Positions 33,329-46,756 of a stretch of DNA of 64,000 nucleotides are shown one piece after another. The notes under the pieces are model-generated. The model did no database searches and was not told the DNA's origin. It saw only the letters and a program-made list of their open reading frames with translations. The DNA comes from Mytilus californianus (lineage: Eukaryota), in contig NW_026262668.1 in NCBI RefSeq assembly GCF_021869535.1, forward strand, positions 28,644,001-28,708,000. The letters are read 5' to 3'. The position numbers and the translations under genes are program-made. Position 1 is the first letter of the stretch; every line of letters begins with the position of its first letter.

Positions 33329-36040
33329 TCATAATCATACATCCTGTCGATACTGTTTATTTATATTTTGGCATTGTACAAGGTCATGCATGTGGTTCTA
33401 AGACTGTTCATGACGTCTTTACACTAAATCTGTGAGATGTCTACTGAACGTAATTTACGCAAAGAAATGAGAAAAGTAGTTTTCCGAAGTTCAAAATATA
33501 AATCGGCTAAAAAGATATTAATCAAGGTAATACACAAAAACTGAGGGAATGGCATACATTTCCAAATAGGAAGGAGATCGAATGCGTCGACATGATAAAC
33601 GTCTCTTGATATGCATGCTCCCAAACTCAGTCAGAATAAATGTCACAATCGGGAATATTTGTATTCTTTTCTTTCATTTTTGCTTATGTGCTTTGTCTAT
33701 TTAGTGTCTATATGCCTTTTTAGTTTTCTTTGTGACTGCTGTACCACAATTTGTGACTTTTTCACCAATTATGTTTGTTTTTTTTTGCTTACACATTGTT
33801 GCTTATATAAAGGAAATCTATGCGACTGTCATACATGTAAGAGGTTTAGCTAGCTATAAAACCAGGTTTAATCCACCATTTTCGACATAAGGAATGCATG
33901 TACCAAGTCAGGAATATGACAGTTGTTTTCCATTCGTTTGATGTGTTTGAGCTTATGAATTTGCCATTCGATAAGGGACTTTCCGTTTTGAATTTTCCTT
34001 CGAGTTTGTTATTTTTGTTAATTTACTTTTTTTGACACAATCGATAAATTTAAAGACTGCGAAAACATAACGCTAATGAGTTGAGACGCAAACACGTCGT
34101 ATTGATCATCCAAAACTTACGAGTTTACTGCTTTAGTATCGATTTTACTCGCGCTTCCTCGCATCGTTTTTAGAACAATTTTTTTTTAAGGAGAACACCC
34201 TGTGAATGTAGTCCATTTAGTGTGAACATGCACGAGTGTCACGTATATTGAAATATTTTATCCCAAAACGATGGGACAGAGAGTATATAACTGCAAATAA
34301 GATTCACGGTACCAATTTTGTTTCATCAGTTGCGCATTTCGACAATTAATGTCTCTTCTGTGATGTTTTATGCCAACATATTTGAGATCAATTCCGAATA
34401 CAGACGCTGAAGAGTTGATAAAACCAAAACGACCTTACGAAAAAAGCCTGACCCGGACAAGGACAAAATTTCACTATTCCCATAAGGACTAGGAGTGTGT
34501 AGAAGGATGAAAATACAAATTGTCATCAGTTCTAGACTAGATCGCTACATACATGCATAGTCGTGTAAGCAGGTGTTCACTATAAGATATAAAATTAAAC
34601 CATATTCTCTACACGCATAAGCAGTTTTCATCAGGGGTAACAGTTTAAAAAACAGGCGGAAGATACCAAGGGAGCCTTCAAAACTCATAAGACGAACTCG
34701 CGAGCCAATATAAAAATAAGGAGATGTGGCTTGATTGTCAATGAGATAACTATCCACCAGAGTTCAAATGACCATGATGTAAGCAATTATAGGTCACTAC
34801 ACGGCCTTTACCAATGTGTAAAACCCATTCCATATATCGAACTATAAAAGGCCTTGACATTTAAAATGTAAAACAATTCAATCAAGAAAACTAACTGTCT
34901 AATTCAAAGCAATTTTTTATAAGTAAACCAAATAGGACAGACATGCATGAACGATAAACACTGATTTACATGCTCCTGATTTGGGACAGACAAATAAAAA
35001 ATGTGGCGGGGTTAAACATGCTATGAGCGCTTAACCCTCCACATAAGCTGGGCAGTGGTGTAGTAGAACAAAATAAGAGCAAACTGTAAAAATCAGCTGC
35101 AAGTTGCTTAACTCAATAGATCGGTCCGCAGAACAAAAACAAGTTACATAAAAACAATAAATCCCATCAAAGAAACCAGTTTTATTATTTGTAAGCCAGG
35201 CGCTCAATTCGTCTACAAAAGACGTCCCAGTGACGCTCGAATAAAAAGTTAAAAGAACAAATAAAGTACGAAAGTAAAGAGCATTGAAGACTAACGATTC
35301 CGAAAAGTTTAGCTAAATATAGCTAAGGTAATATATTCCCGGGGAAGAAAATCCTAAGTATTCAAACAATTCAAAGTCTGGTAAACTCTTAGTTTATTAA
35401 TATTACCATAGACACAAAACACCGATATAAGAGTCCTCGCAGTTACTGAAATCTAGTTCAAAGTCAATTGCACCTATTAGATAAACCATGTTCTCCCAGC
35501 CTCAAGTTTAATATTCACCTAAGCATATGAAATATACAGGTAGTGTTAATTTAGATCAATAGAGGGTCAGTTTATTTTTAAATCTTTTTTTTTAAAGTTG
35601 CAACATTTCACAACAACACAAAAATTAAAGGTTAATCCCGTCACTAAAAATAGAGGAGATTTTCCAGTTAACAAATGGGTATTGCATGTAGCAATCAGGA
35701 GGACAAAACACGAATACGTGTTTTAATTATACTGGCTTAGGGACGAAATAAAAATGTAGACAGAAACAGACCGATTGATATTTTTACAGAAACGAAAAAG
35801 ACTAGGGACGAAATATAGAGTAACATCAGAAAAGTGAAGAGCAAATATTTGATGTTAATGGAAAAAGCTTATAAACAGAACAAAAAGGTCGACTCCGAGT
35901 GACGTGAAGAGAAAATATTTGTTAGAGAGTGGATAGACACAAGGGCGAAACAAAACGTACAGAACAGTTTTGTTATAGAATGTGAAACAGTTTAGGTACG
36001 AAACAAAAAAGTTGATAGGAACGCAAAAAGTCAATATTTG

Positions 36041-39000
36041 ATGGAAACGAAAAACATAAGCAGGTCTTCTAGTTTAACGTCAAAAGAGAGTTTTGAATCA
36101 GCGATTGAACTAATAACAACTGACAGAAGCACAGATGGAAATGGTCGACATTTTTTAGATGAGAACCAGGATATTAAAGTTAAACAAAAATCTGATGGAA
36201 AGAATAGTAATGTATTCAAAGACCACAAATGTTGTTTGTTAATTGCTACTATCGTATTTATAGTGTTTCTGAGTATCTTCATCATCACAAATTACAATCG
36301 CTGTGAGGTATATATAATTGACTACAATACAGATAATTTATTATTGTGTTTCAAATTAAATGATGCGGTAATAGCAATAGTTATATTTGTTTGTTTCAAG
36401 TAAATAAGAATATTCCTTTTTTTTTTTTTATACTTTTTGCCAATGATTCTATTCGTAAAAATGATAGTTTTGCAATATTCAATATTTGTACTGTATATCT
36501 ACGATAATCATTATTTACACTAAATTGAAATATGACAAAGCTATTTAAAACGTGGCTAAAGTATGATTCTATCCGTTTAATGAGATATAAATTTTCACAT
36601 TACAGCCAACTCGTGAATATTCTTTTGTTTCCGGAAACTGCGCTAACTGTACAAAAGAAAATAAAACAGAGGAAAAAGGTATTTGATTTAAAACTAAAAG
36701 CACGACTACAACATTTCTGTATTATGATGTGTATACACCGTTTATCGATGTGTACGCATGACATAAAACATGACATGGTCAAACAAAATATTTGGAAAAG
36801 AGAATACAAACATTTCTTTTTACTAGTTTTACAACTTTATTTTTCATCAGATTGTGTGGTTTTTGTTTCGAGTTTTTATAAAAATCACCTTAACAAGGAA
36901 TATAAGATATACAGAGCGCACTTTGGATCAACCTAACATTCGAGCTTTTTAGATCTATTTCAACTTAAAAGCGTTCTTATGAAAACTTCAATCTTCAGCT
37001 TTGAATTAGAGTTTTGTTTACTGTAAATTCAGAAATATTTGCGATGCTTTATTTTTGCACAAATTGTAACGGAATTGGAATTGTCAAAATGTAATTTCGC
37101 ATTTTAAACTTTGATACAATTATTTGTATTCTTCATTTACTGAATTGAAACAACTTATCTCGGAATTTTTTCCAATCTTCAAAAACCGCAATAATAATTG
37201 CACGCGAAAGTTCTGAATTTCAAGGTACCTTTTGTTTTTTTTATGTTTCAATCTACGATAAAGCGGCCAACAAGTCGCAATTTAACAAGTAGCAATTCTG
37301 TTTTTAAAGTCAGTTTGAAGGGATGGTTTTCATTCCGAATAATAAGAGGTTTACATTGTATGCTGTTGTAGACAAAAGTAGTCGACAATCGCTCAATGAC
37401 ATGTAAATTTGTCGTTTCCCGTCGATTTTTTCACATTTGATGGATTCAAAGCTAAAAGCTATAGAAATTTAGATACACATTTGGTTGGTGTCAAATAACT
37501 CAAAAGATCGGTCCAATGCAAAAAACCAACTAACATAAAAGACAATAAAACCTATCAAAGATATCACATTGATGAATTTTTACACCAGACTCGCGCTTCG
37601 TCTACAAAAGACGTCTCAGTAGCGCTCGAATAAAAAAATGTTAAAAGACCAAATCTAGTACGACGTCAAAGAGCATTGAAAACCAGGATTCCGAAATGTT
37701 TAACTAATTGTAGCTAAGGTGATCTATTCCTGGTGTAGGAAATCTTAAGTATTCAAAGTTAAGATATTGTAAACAGTTAACTTATTAATAATATTACCAT
37801 AAACACAAAGCACGGATATAAGTGTCCTCGCAGTTACTGAAGTCAAGTTCGAAGCCAATTACACCTAATAAATCCAAGCATACAAAATATACAGGTAGTG
37901 TTGATTTAGACCATCGAAGGTTCATTCTATTTTTAAATCATTTTTAAAGTTCCAACATTTCATCAGACAAAAATTAAAAGGTTAATCCCGTTACTAAAAA
38001 TAGAAAAGATTTTCCAGTAAACTAATGATATTGCATGTAGCAATTAGGAGTACAAAACACGAATAAGAATACGTGTTTTGATTATACTGGCTTAGGGACG
38101 TAATAAGAATGTAGACAGATTTTTTTTAAGAAACGAATAAGATTAAAAAAATGATTAAAAATGCAAATATCTCCGAGAGGGACAAAAAACTAGTTACAAT
38201 TGATTGAAAAGTAACAAAGAGTGAAATAGATTTTATAAGATTGCATTTCATCAGAAATTCACACTGAGATCACCCCGTTGATTGATAGAGTATTTGATCT
38301 TTTATCCACTGCTGATGGATAACTCCACTTTTTTTGCCGCACAATGAAATCATCTATTCACGGTCTTCCATGTCATTTCATTCTTAGCTTGAATATATGT
38401 GTTACTTGTTAATAAATCAATGTATTCCATTGTTATGTTCTTTATATGTTCTCTTCAGAATATCCTAGCAAAGAAGTCAAAGATACAGAATTTCAAGTTA
38501 CACTTTGGGACACATCGATGACAGTTATTATACAAACCCATGAAACGCTATCTCTCCACCTCAGTCGATATGACGACAACACTACAATGATGATATGTAG
38601 AAATAACAGAACGTCGTATGAGCTCTTCTGTAACTCCCAAGCAAAACGTAATTGCCAGTCTGTTCCTGTTCCTGTCAATAAATCAGTTACCATCAGAAAT
38701 GAAACACAAGATGAACAGATCATATTTAACATTGTGGCAAAATGTATAAATCAAAAAGTTGGTATCAAATGGATAAATATTTAGCCTGTAATTTGCATGT
38801 ATTTTCAAAAACTTTATTAGGTTTCGTCATCTTTCTGATTTGAAAAGAACTAAGCAATGTTACTTTAGAATAGTTTTTAATGATGCATGAATAGGTGAAG
38901 ATGTTAAACTTCTCGGAAAATCTATTTTACTTAATATTGAACTAGTTGTGGGATCCCAATTTAGATCACTCCAAACTTGTCTGTCTTTACCCAAACTTGT

Positions 39001-39842
39001 GAGTTTATCATATACGCATGCTTGCTTTTCCCTGTGTGGATGAATAAAACCAACCAAGAGGGGAGGAATTCACTAAGAAGACACATGCGTCTAGTTAGTT
39101 GTACGAAGATATTTTCATAAAACATGTTTTCGAGGTTCGGATATATTTTTGTGAATTAATCTCGGAGTAGATTTTTTTTTAATTGTAAACATCCTATCTG
39201 ATACTACTACTTAGTTTATAACTGCAGCTGGTGGTATATTTGTAATTTCCAGCTTATATAAATTGGCCAGTATCCAGTGTTTTCGTCGAGACAGTATGAA
39301 AATTCTAAGTTTTTATGAAAACTTTTAATTTAGAAATTTATTATTTTTACTATAACCAGAGTAAAAAATGTTTGCAGTGTTTAGTCCCTGGTCCTTAAAT
39401 CTGAGAAAAATTTTCATGCGCATGAAATTCAATATGATACTTTTTTGATTTTCTTTGACATGTTGTTCTAAGGGAGTTTTCCTGATTGTGTGACCGTTTA
39501 CAAATTAAAAAAATAATTAAATCATTCTTCTATCCTGTATTCTCTTCTTTTTTCATTGAGAATTTCGTTGGAAAAACTCCAATTCGTACTTATACTAAAT
39601 TTGTTTTGCTGTTTCACAAAAGTTTGTAAAAATTACCTAAATCGTGTTGATAATTTATATCACAACTGCTTTAATTAAAAGGTTTACTTAACTAAAGTGT
39701 GTCTAGCGAATTATTGCGTGAATCTTTATTAACTATAACAGGAGTATATGACACTAGATATAGTGTTGAAGTTTCAGTGACCGGATCAATTCACTTTCAA
39801 ACTGATAAACATCAAATTGTTATAAATTTGGTTCACGCCTAG
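36041..39842 (+). CDS. Gene B: paralog of gene A, ~247 aa. Exons 36041-36307, 36606-36678, 38459-38761, 39742-39842
   Basis: Same splice sites and phases as gene A; 744 nt open frame; TM 3 aa shorter. Confidence 0.8.
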
Positions 39843-42800
39843 ACAGATTGAACAAACATTCGAAAAAAGGAATTATTGCCAGAGTGCAAAGCAAATGCAT
39901 AAACGGATTGATAGTGTTGTTAGCCTAACACATTTGAAAATACTTGATCAGAGACACTTAATGCCAACAACACACTGAAAGAGTATATACATCCAAGTAT
40001 TCATATCAAATCTGAAGGATTGTTTATGCTTGGATGATGTATGTCATTTTATATTATCGTCTCATATGTTAATCTAAAACTATATTTAAAATAGTTTGAA
40101 ACGGAATCTATAGAAATGTACTAACGGAAGCTTTATCCTACCAAAACACTACTACAGAAGGTTACGAGGACGAACGACATAATTCTCGAATATTGCAACA
40201 TCATAAATTGTTGGATCGCTACAATATCTACAATATCTATATATCAACCTATAAGTAACATTTTAGCTCTGTAATATCAATCTGACATGATTAACGGTTT
40301 TGTAGTGTTCCTGGCTTAGACAATTGCTTTACCTATTCCAAGATAGTTCTAATATATAACGGCTTTTGGGGGATTTGCTTGGACCATGGAAATTGCCGAT
40401 CCAGACTTCGGAAAGTTTAAGTCTCCGAATTGTAATACATCCAAGTCAAATACATAAATCAAACACCATTTAATTCCTTATCAAATTCCCATACCTTTTA
40501 TTCACAATTATGAAAAACAAAACAATCGATGGTTCGATGAAATTAGCTTTTGTTACGGAAACGAATGTTGTATGATTTATCTGTTTGCTAATGGATTTGT
40601 AAAGATTTAGACAGAAACATGCGGACCCAGGTTTATTGACGGCAAGTTTTATGTTTTCTATGAGCAAAGCGTTCAACGGTCTGCGTCAGAAGTCAGACCA
40701 AATTTGATGATGCATATATAAAAGGAAATGATTACCTCCACATTACCCTTCCGGAGTACTTGAGATCAATTCGGATTTTTGTGGTGTTCCTTTTGCTCTT
40801 TAGTTTTCTGTGTTTTGTTTTGTGTATTGTTGTATGTCTTTTCGTCTTTTTTTATTTTTTGCCATGGATTGTCGGTTTGTCTTCAACTTATGAGTTTGAA
40901 TGTCCCTTTTGTATCTTTTGCCTATTTTTTTTAGACATACTAGTTTTATAACTAAGTATTTGTAATACAACAACTACCTCTTCTTATGTTTCATGGAAAA
41001 ATATCTAGGAAAAATACTAGACTGCCAAGTTGGATAGAAACCATACACAGTGAGGACTTTATTAACTTTCGTATCTCAGCTTATGTTATTATAATGTACA
41101 TAGGTGCGTGTGTATTAAATCATATACTAAATTTTTTTTACTTGCATATTACTTAATACTAGCCTCACCTGAATATATAGAAAAAGAAGATGTTGTATGA
41201 TTGCCAATGAGACAACTCTCTCTCTCCATAATAGACCAAATCACACAGAAATTAACACCTATAGGTCACCGTACGGCTTTAGAATAGTATAATAGTATGA
41301 ATACATTGAAAATTGAAATTGAACAAATGAAACGATATCAGGTTCATGTTTATGAAACATCAACATAGGGCGAATATATCAAGGGTAATAAAAACGCATT
41401 AGTCGGGAATAGGTTGATATCACCATGACCAAAGGAGAAAAGTAGAACAATAGTTAGCTGAACACTAGATAGAAAACAAGAGATGAAGAAACATGGAGGT
41501 TAAATCAACCGCCCGTGAAGGAACTTTTAGTAATGACAGCAATCGTATAACTCGTCTTAAAATTCGAAAATATTCCATGTGCCATAACAAAGATAGATGA
41601 CAGGTCTCTTGTCTAACCGTTAAACATTTCCTAATTTATAAACTATCGGTAGATGCAAGTTTTGTAACCCTTTTACATGTTTGAAATAAAAATAACCTTT
41701 TTTTAGACAAATGTTAAACAAGACAAATACATATGGAAGCAACATATACATTGAAAAATAAAGTAGCCCAAATGCTATACAGAAAACTAAAGCAAAAGCA
41801 ACAAAACCCCTTTAAGTTGAATCAGACTTCCCCTAATAAGTTTTGGCTCCACCAGTTGTGACGATCGGTATCTATGATGCGTTTGCTTGCTCATTTCAAG
41901 AAAAATCCGTCTAAAAGTCTCATTTGGTGATATTACAATCAAAGAAAAGAGGCCTGGATGGCTTTTGAAAAATATCAGTGTTCAGCTGTGACATATCAAA
42001 CAGAAATCCTGAAATATCGTAACAACTGGGAATTATTACTCCATATGCTGGGTTTCTTGAATGTGAGTACCCAACAAGTAAACTTCGAGATGGAAAATCA
42101 AAATCATCTCTTTTATATCAACCGACCTTTATTTTCGACTTTTAGATTCAAGTCAATGTATGAAGCTGACTGAAGATTTCTGATTTCTTTATTTTAAGTT
42201 CATTTAAATAGATGCGATTAACCTAAATATGCAAAGTAAATTAAAATTACATTTTATAGATTTTGTGCGTCCGAAGCGCATTTCTAAATATACCTTCATC
42301 AAGAACGTAAAAGCTTACATAATTGAAAGCAAAGGCTATATTGCAAAAAAAAGATAGCAACATTAAGATCAACATTGAGGGAGTCCTATCCAAAGAGTTT
42401 TAATAATCTCTCAATTTTTTTGATTTTGAGAAAGGCATGTTAAAAAATCATTTCAGAACCGAAGCACAGACTAATAAGCTGACGATGTCATATGTGACTT
42501 GGAGGACTAAAGAGCTGAATCAGCAGCGGTATCGACCCAGTGATAGAAAATGAAAATAAACACCACTGTCTAAAGTGTAGGTTGCCCACTAACATGTTTA
42601 ACCCCGCCACATTCTGTATGTGCCTGTCCCATGTCAGGAACCTGTAATTCAGTGGTTGTCATTTGTTGCTGTGTTACATATTTGTTTTTCGTTTATTATT
42701 TTGTTCATAAATTAGGCCGTTAGTTTTCTTGTTTGAATTGTTTTATATTTGTCATTTCGGGGCCTTGTATAGCTGACTATGCGGTATGGGCTTTGCTCAT

Positions 42801-43584
42801 TGTTGAAGACCGTACAGTGACCTATAGTTGTTAATTTCTGTGTCATTTGGTCTTATCATTGGCAATCATACCAGATCTTCTTTTTTATATTTATCAATAT
42901 GATGCGTCCGATGCTTTCTTCTTGATAAACTGTTAACAAAAAAAAAAAACCGCTCCATTGCAAGAATTTGAAATTCAAGAAAGTACAAGTACTTGAATAC
43001 ATTAGGAGCTTTGTGACCAAAAGTGACATATAATAATTTGAAAAAATTAATCAACCGTAAAGTTCATGCTCTTTACCTGTATCGTTACAATATGTAATTG
43101 ACGTACGCCTAAAATATCATCCCCATTTGGCAGTTTTGGCTTAGACCACTTATATAGCGTATAAGTATGATTCATTAAACTAGCGAATTGAGTATTGTGT
43201 TTTCATGACCAAGTCTAAATACGTCAAGAGCAAATTGTTCTATGAGAAAGTAAATGACACTATCCTGATTTGCAACGTTTAAGTTGTATTTTGCCAAAAT
43301 GTATTGCTAAGCTCTTCATGTGTATCCTTTCAAACATTTTAAAGTATACATGTATCCATGATTTTTATTTCAGGCGTTTCTGATGAGGATTATATCACAA
43401 ACTATAAAGATTATCATAACACACGTTTTTATATTCCCTTTGGATAGTTTTATATGTTTACATTAGTAAGACCACAAAAACAGCACAATCTACTTTATTT
43501 TTATCATTATCAATACTATAACTATGATTATATTATTCATCATCATCATTGTTATCATAATTATCATGATACAGAATGAAATAA

Positions 43585-44182
43585 TAAATGGGGAATGTGT
43601 CCATGGGACATAGATGTTGATGCCCCCTGGCCCAATTGCATATAACTTTATAAAGGGACATACCTTATGAACAGTAAAAGTGACGCTAGCCAAATTCGTA
43701 CTTGGTCTGAGTTTTTTGGTAATAAGCATTGTGTATAAGTTTCATAGCATTTGGTTGAGACAAACTTAAGTAAGAAAACAGAAACGAAAAATTCAGCATT
43801 TTTTCCATTTGTAAAGGGCATAACTCTAGAACGGCAACAGTGACGCCACCAAAATTTATACTTGATCTGTGTTTTGTGGTTATTAGCATCGTGTATAAGT
43901 TTCATAACATTTGGTTGAGGCAAACTTAAGTTAGAGAACGGAAACGAAACATTCAGCAATTTTTCCATTTTTAAAGGGGCATAACTCTAGAAAGTTAGAA
44001 GTGACGCACCCAAATTCAAACTTGATCTGTTTTTTTGTGATAATAAGCATTGTGTATAAGTTTCATAGCATTTGATTGAAGCAAACTAAATAGAGAACGT
44101 AAACCAATTTCGGGACGTACGGACGTACAGACGGACAAGGGTAAAAATTAATGCCCCCTCTGCTACGGTGAGGGCATAAAAA
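43585..44182 (-). mobile_element. HINE on minus strand with three ~162-bp core repeats; (ATC/ATT)n microsatellite at ~43495-43570
   Basis: (GGAC)n microsatellite, terminal GCCCCCTC...GAGGGC hairpin before an A-run; repeat starts ~43646, 43809, 43970. Confidence 0.8.
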
Positions 44183-46756
44183 ACATCAACGATAATTAAG
44201 TAACTATTCACTTTAAAAATAATCTCGTTTTTGGTAAGCGATGCAATTACTTTAGAAGATCGTGATTTTCATTCGCATGAAATGTAATGATAACAAAGGT
44301 AAGAAACATAATATTACCAACAATAAGTATCTTGAAGTTCTACCAAGGGTAAATGGCAAAACATTGTGTCTCAGTCTCATTTTCTAATAAAGTTGATTTT
44401 ACCTGTTTTCGTTGTAGTTAAGTTTTTTCCTGGTTATATTTTATTTTTAGCTATTGGAGTCATTAAAAAACTCATCATAGAGACTTTCAAATGAGATCAT
44501 GATAAGTCCTCTTTGAAATACGATTATATACCTATATGGAGTCATTTTCTTTCAGAAAGATATGTCTTTCTTTTGGAGAAACAACCCGAATAATACCAAT
44601 TTTCACTTAAATGTGCTTCAATGACTACTTATGTAGGATATTATTTTTCCTGATAAGATGCAAACTAAAGATTACTGAAACATTAAAATAATTTGATACT
44701 TATCGCGTGTTGTTGACAATTGAGTATTACTTTTTAATTTTCCATCTCTAAAACAGGCTTTAGACAAAAACAATCTTTCCACTGAAATACTTGAAAACGC
44801 AACGTCAACGCACATTTTAACTTTGGAAACAATATAATGTGAAGTTTTGTTAAATTATTGCTACAATTAAGGGACATTATGTGAGATAATAACGCAAAAC
44901 TTTTCATAACACTTTTCAACAATCCAAATTTTATTACATTCGGGTGTAGGATTTTTAAAACTTATCGATTCATAATGTATTGGAAATTGTACTTTGATAT
45001 ATGGATGTCCGTTTTTCCTGTTACATGCCTTTTACGATTTTGTGACCTCTTCATGCCAGTTTTTGATTTTTTTACTTTTATACATACACTTTTTTCTCCA
45101 TCAAATGACCAAATATTCTTATTTTCAATAGTGAAACAGCCACGTACTTTATAATGGGGGTAATAATATTTTATCCGGATTCTCTATTTTTGACGAGAAA
45201 AAAATGTATGGCCGGACAAAACAGGAAAAAAAATACTTAGAAAAGTTCTTTAGAAATTGTTGAAACATTAATTTCCACCTTTTCATGTGCCTGTCCAAAG
45301 CCAGAATCATCGTCCGTAGAACGTTATAATACGTCATAACTCAAAGGCACATATATCCTCGAATTCGTTCCGTAAACACATCATTCAAAAACTACCAGTA
45401 CAATATGATGTCGTACATATACAAATAAATAAAGATTAAAAAAAACCGTCCTAATTTGTCTGTTTGTTAGCTGGTATTTTGACGGATATATTTGTCATCT
45501 GTAGGAGATTATTAATCAACTTTATATCTTCTAGTGAATATTGCTAATAGCCGACGCCATTGTTCGTCAGGGCATTTTGGAAATAACATTAACTGTACTT
45601 TCGTGAGGAATGCAGGTTTGTTTTCCAATGCATCAAACTGGAATAAAAAAAATAAATAAAAGATAAATAAAAGAGAATTGGGAACAGTTTTGAATCTTTG
45701 TGTATTAATTACAATTTTCAGTTTTTAAGTTCAATTATGAAGCAGATTTCGTAAGATTAGATAGTATACTTTAGCCGTAATATCCATATGCAAACAATTT
45801 AACGAATTAGTTCTTCATCAAATGCACTATGACTGCTAGTATCTATACTTGAGACAGATAAATACAGCTGAAAAAGTCAGTACAACCATGTTTACTGTTC
45901 TTATGTTCTAGTAGATAGATGAAGGCATATATACAATTTATCTGTACATTATAAGAGAGAATGAGTGATAAATCATATTTGGTAAAATTCTTGCATTTAA
46001 AGATTTTTCTTTGCCTAAAGACTAAGAAATAGAAACATATGATACCAAGCGTTTACTTAATAGAATAACAGTCACAGAAAAGCAGTCAATGCCATGGACC
46101 GAAAAAAAAGATGAAAAGACAAAAAACAGTTCAATACACAACATAGAAAACTAACGACTGAGCAACACTATCCCAACCAAATACCGGATTTAATTTCAGG
46201 TACTCCGCAGGAGTAAGCCAAAAAAATGCTGAACGAGAGAAACTTTTGTCTTGCTATAACAGCCCACTCTGTTAAGTTTTAACATTTTTATCAATTTATT
46301 TACATTCTGCTCAAACAATTTTGAAGGCAATGCTAAACTTTCTGTTTGATTTTATGGCGAGTTACAAAATTTTGGAAGTTATTTTAAAATTAGGAATACA
46401 TCTCCCTCATGCAAAGTTCTGATTCCTTGCCCGACTTTGGCTATACTTTTTTGTCCTTTTTAGTTTATAGCTCTTCATCTTTTAATAAGCTTTGGATTTT
46501 CATATACGTTGGCCTCGAGCATTACCGAAGAGACATTGTTTGTCAAAATGCGCATCTGGTGCAGAAAAATTGGTACCGTTTATGTTATTAGTGAACCTGA
46601 ACTGCTAGATGTGGTCATTGGGCGTAATTTTAAAAGTAGAAAGCAAGTCAAATAAAAGAAAGTTTAATTAGATATTTGATATTAACATATTCATAAAATC
46701 TCAATCATATCCGTATTAAATTACAATCATGTCGAAATATATTTATGGGTTCAAAT

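Larger units (their letters stand above)
24355..43126 (+). repeat. Segmental tandem duplication, copy B (expanded by TE content)
   Basis: Colinear with 9355-24036; includes the duplicated DNTTIP2 last exon and gene B. Confidence 0.92.

Noticed and set aside
41958-42173. 71-aa ORF in copy B and neighbouring open frames at ~22810-23070
   Set aside because: Interrupted by TGA in copy A, with no consistent splice framework or recognisable homology.
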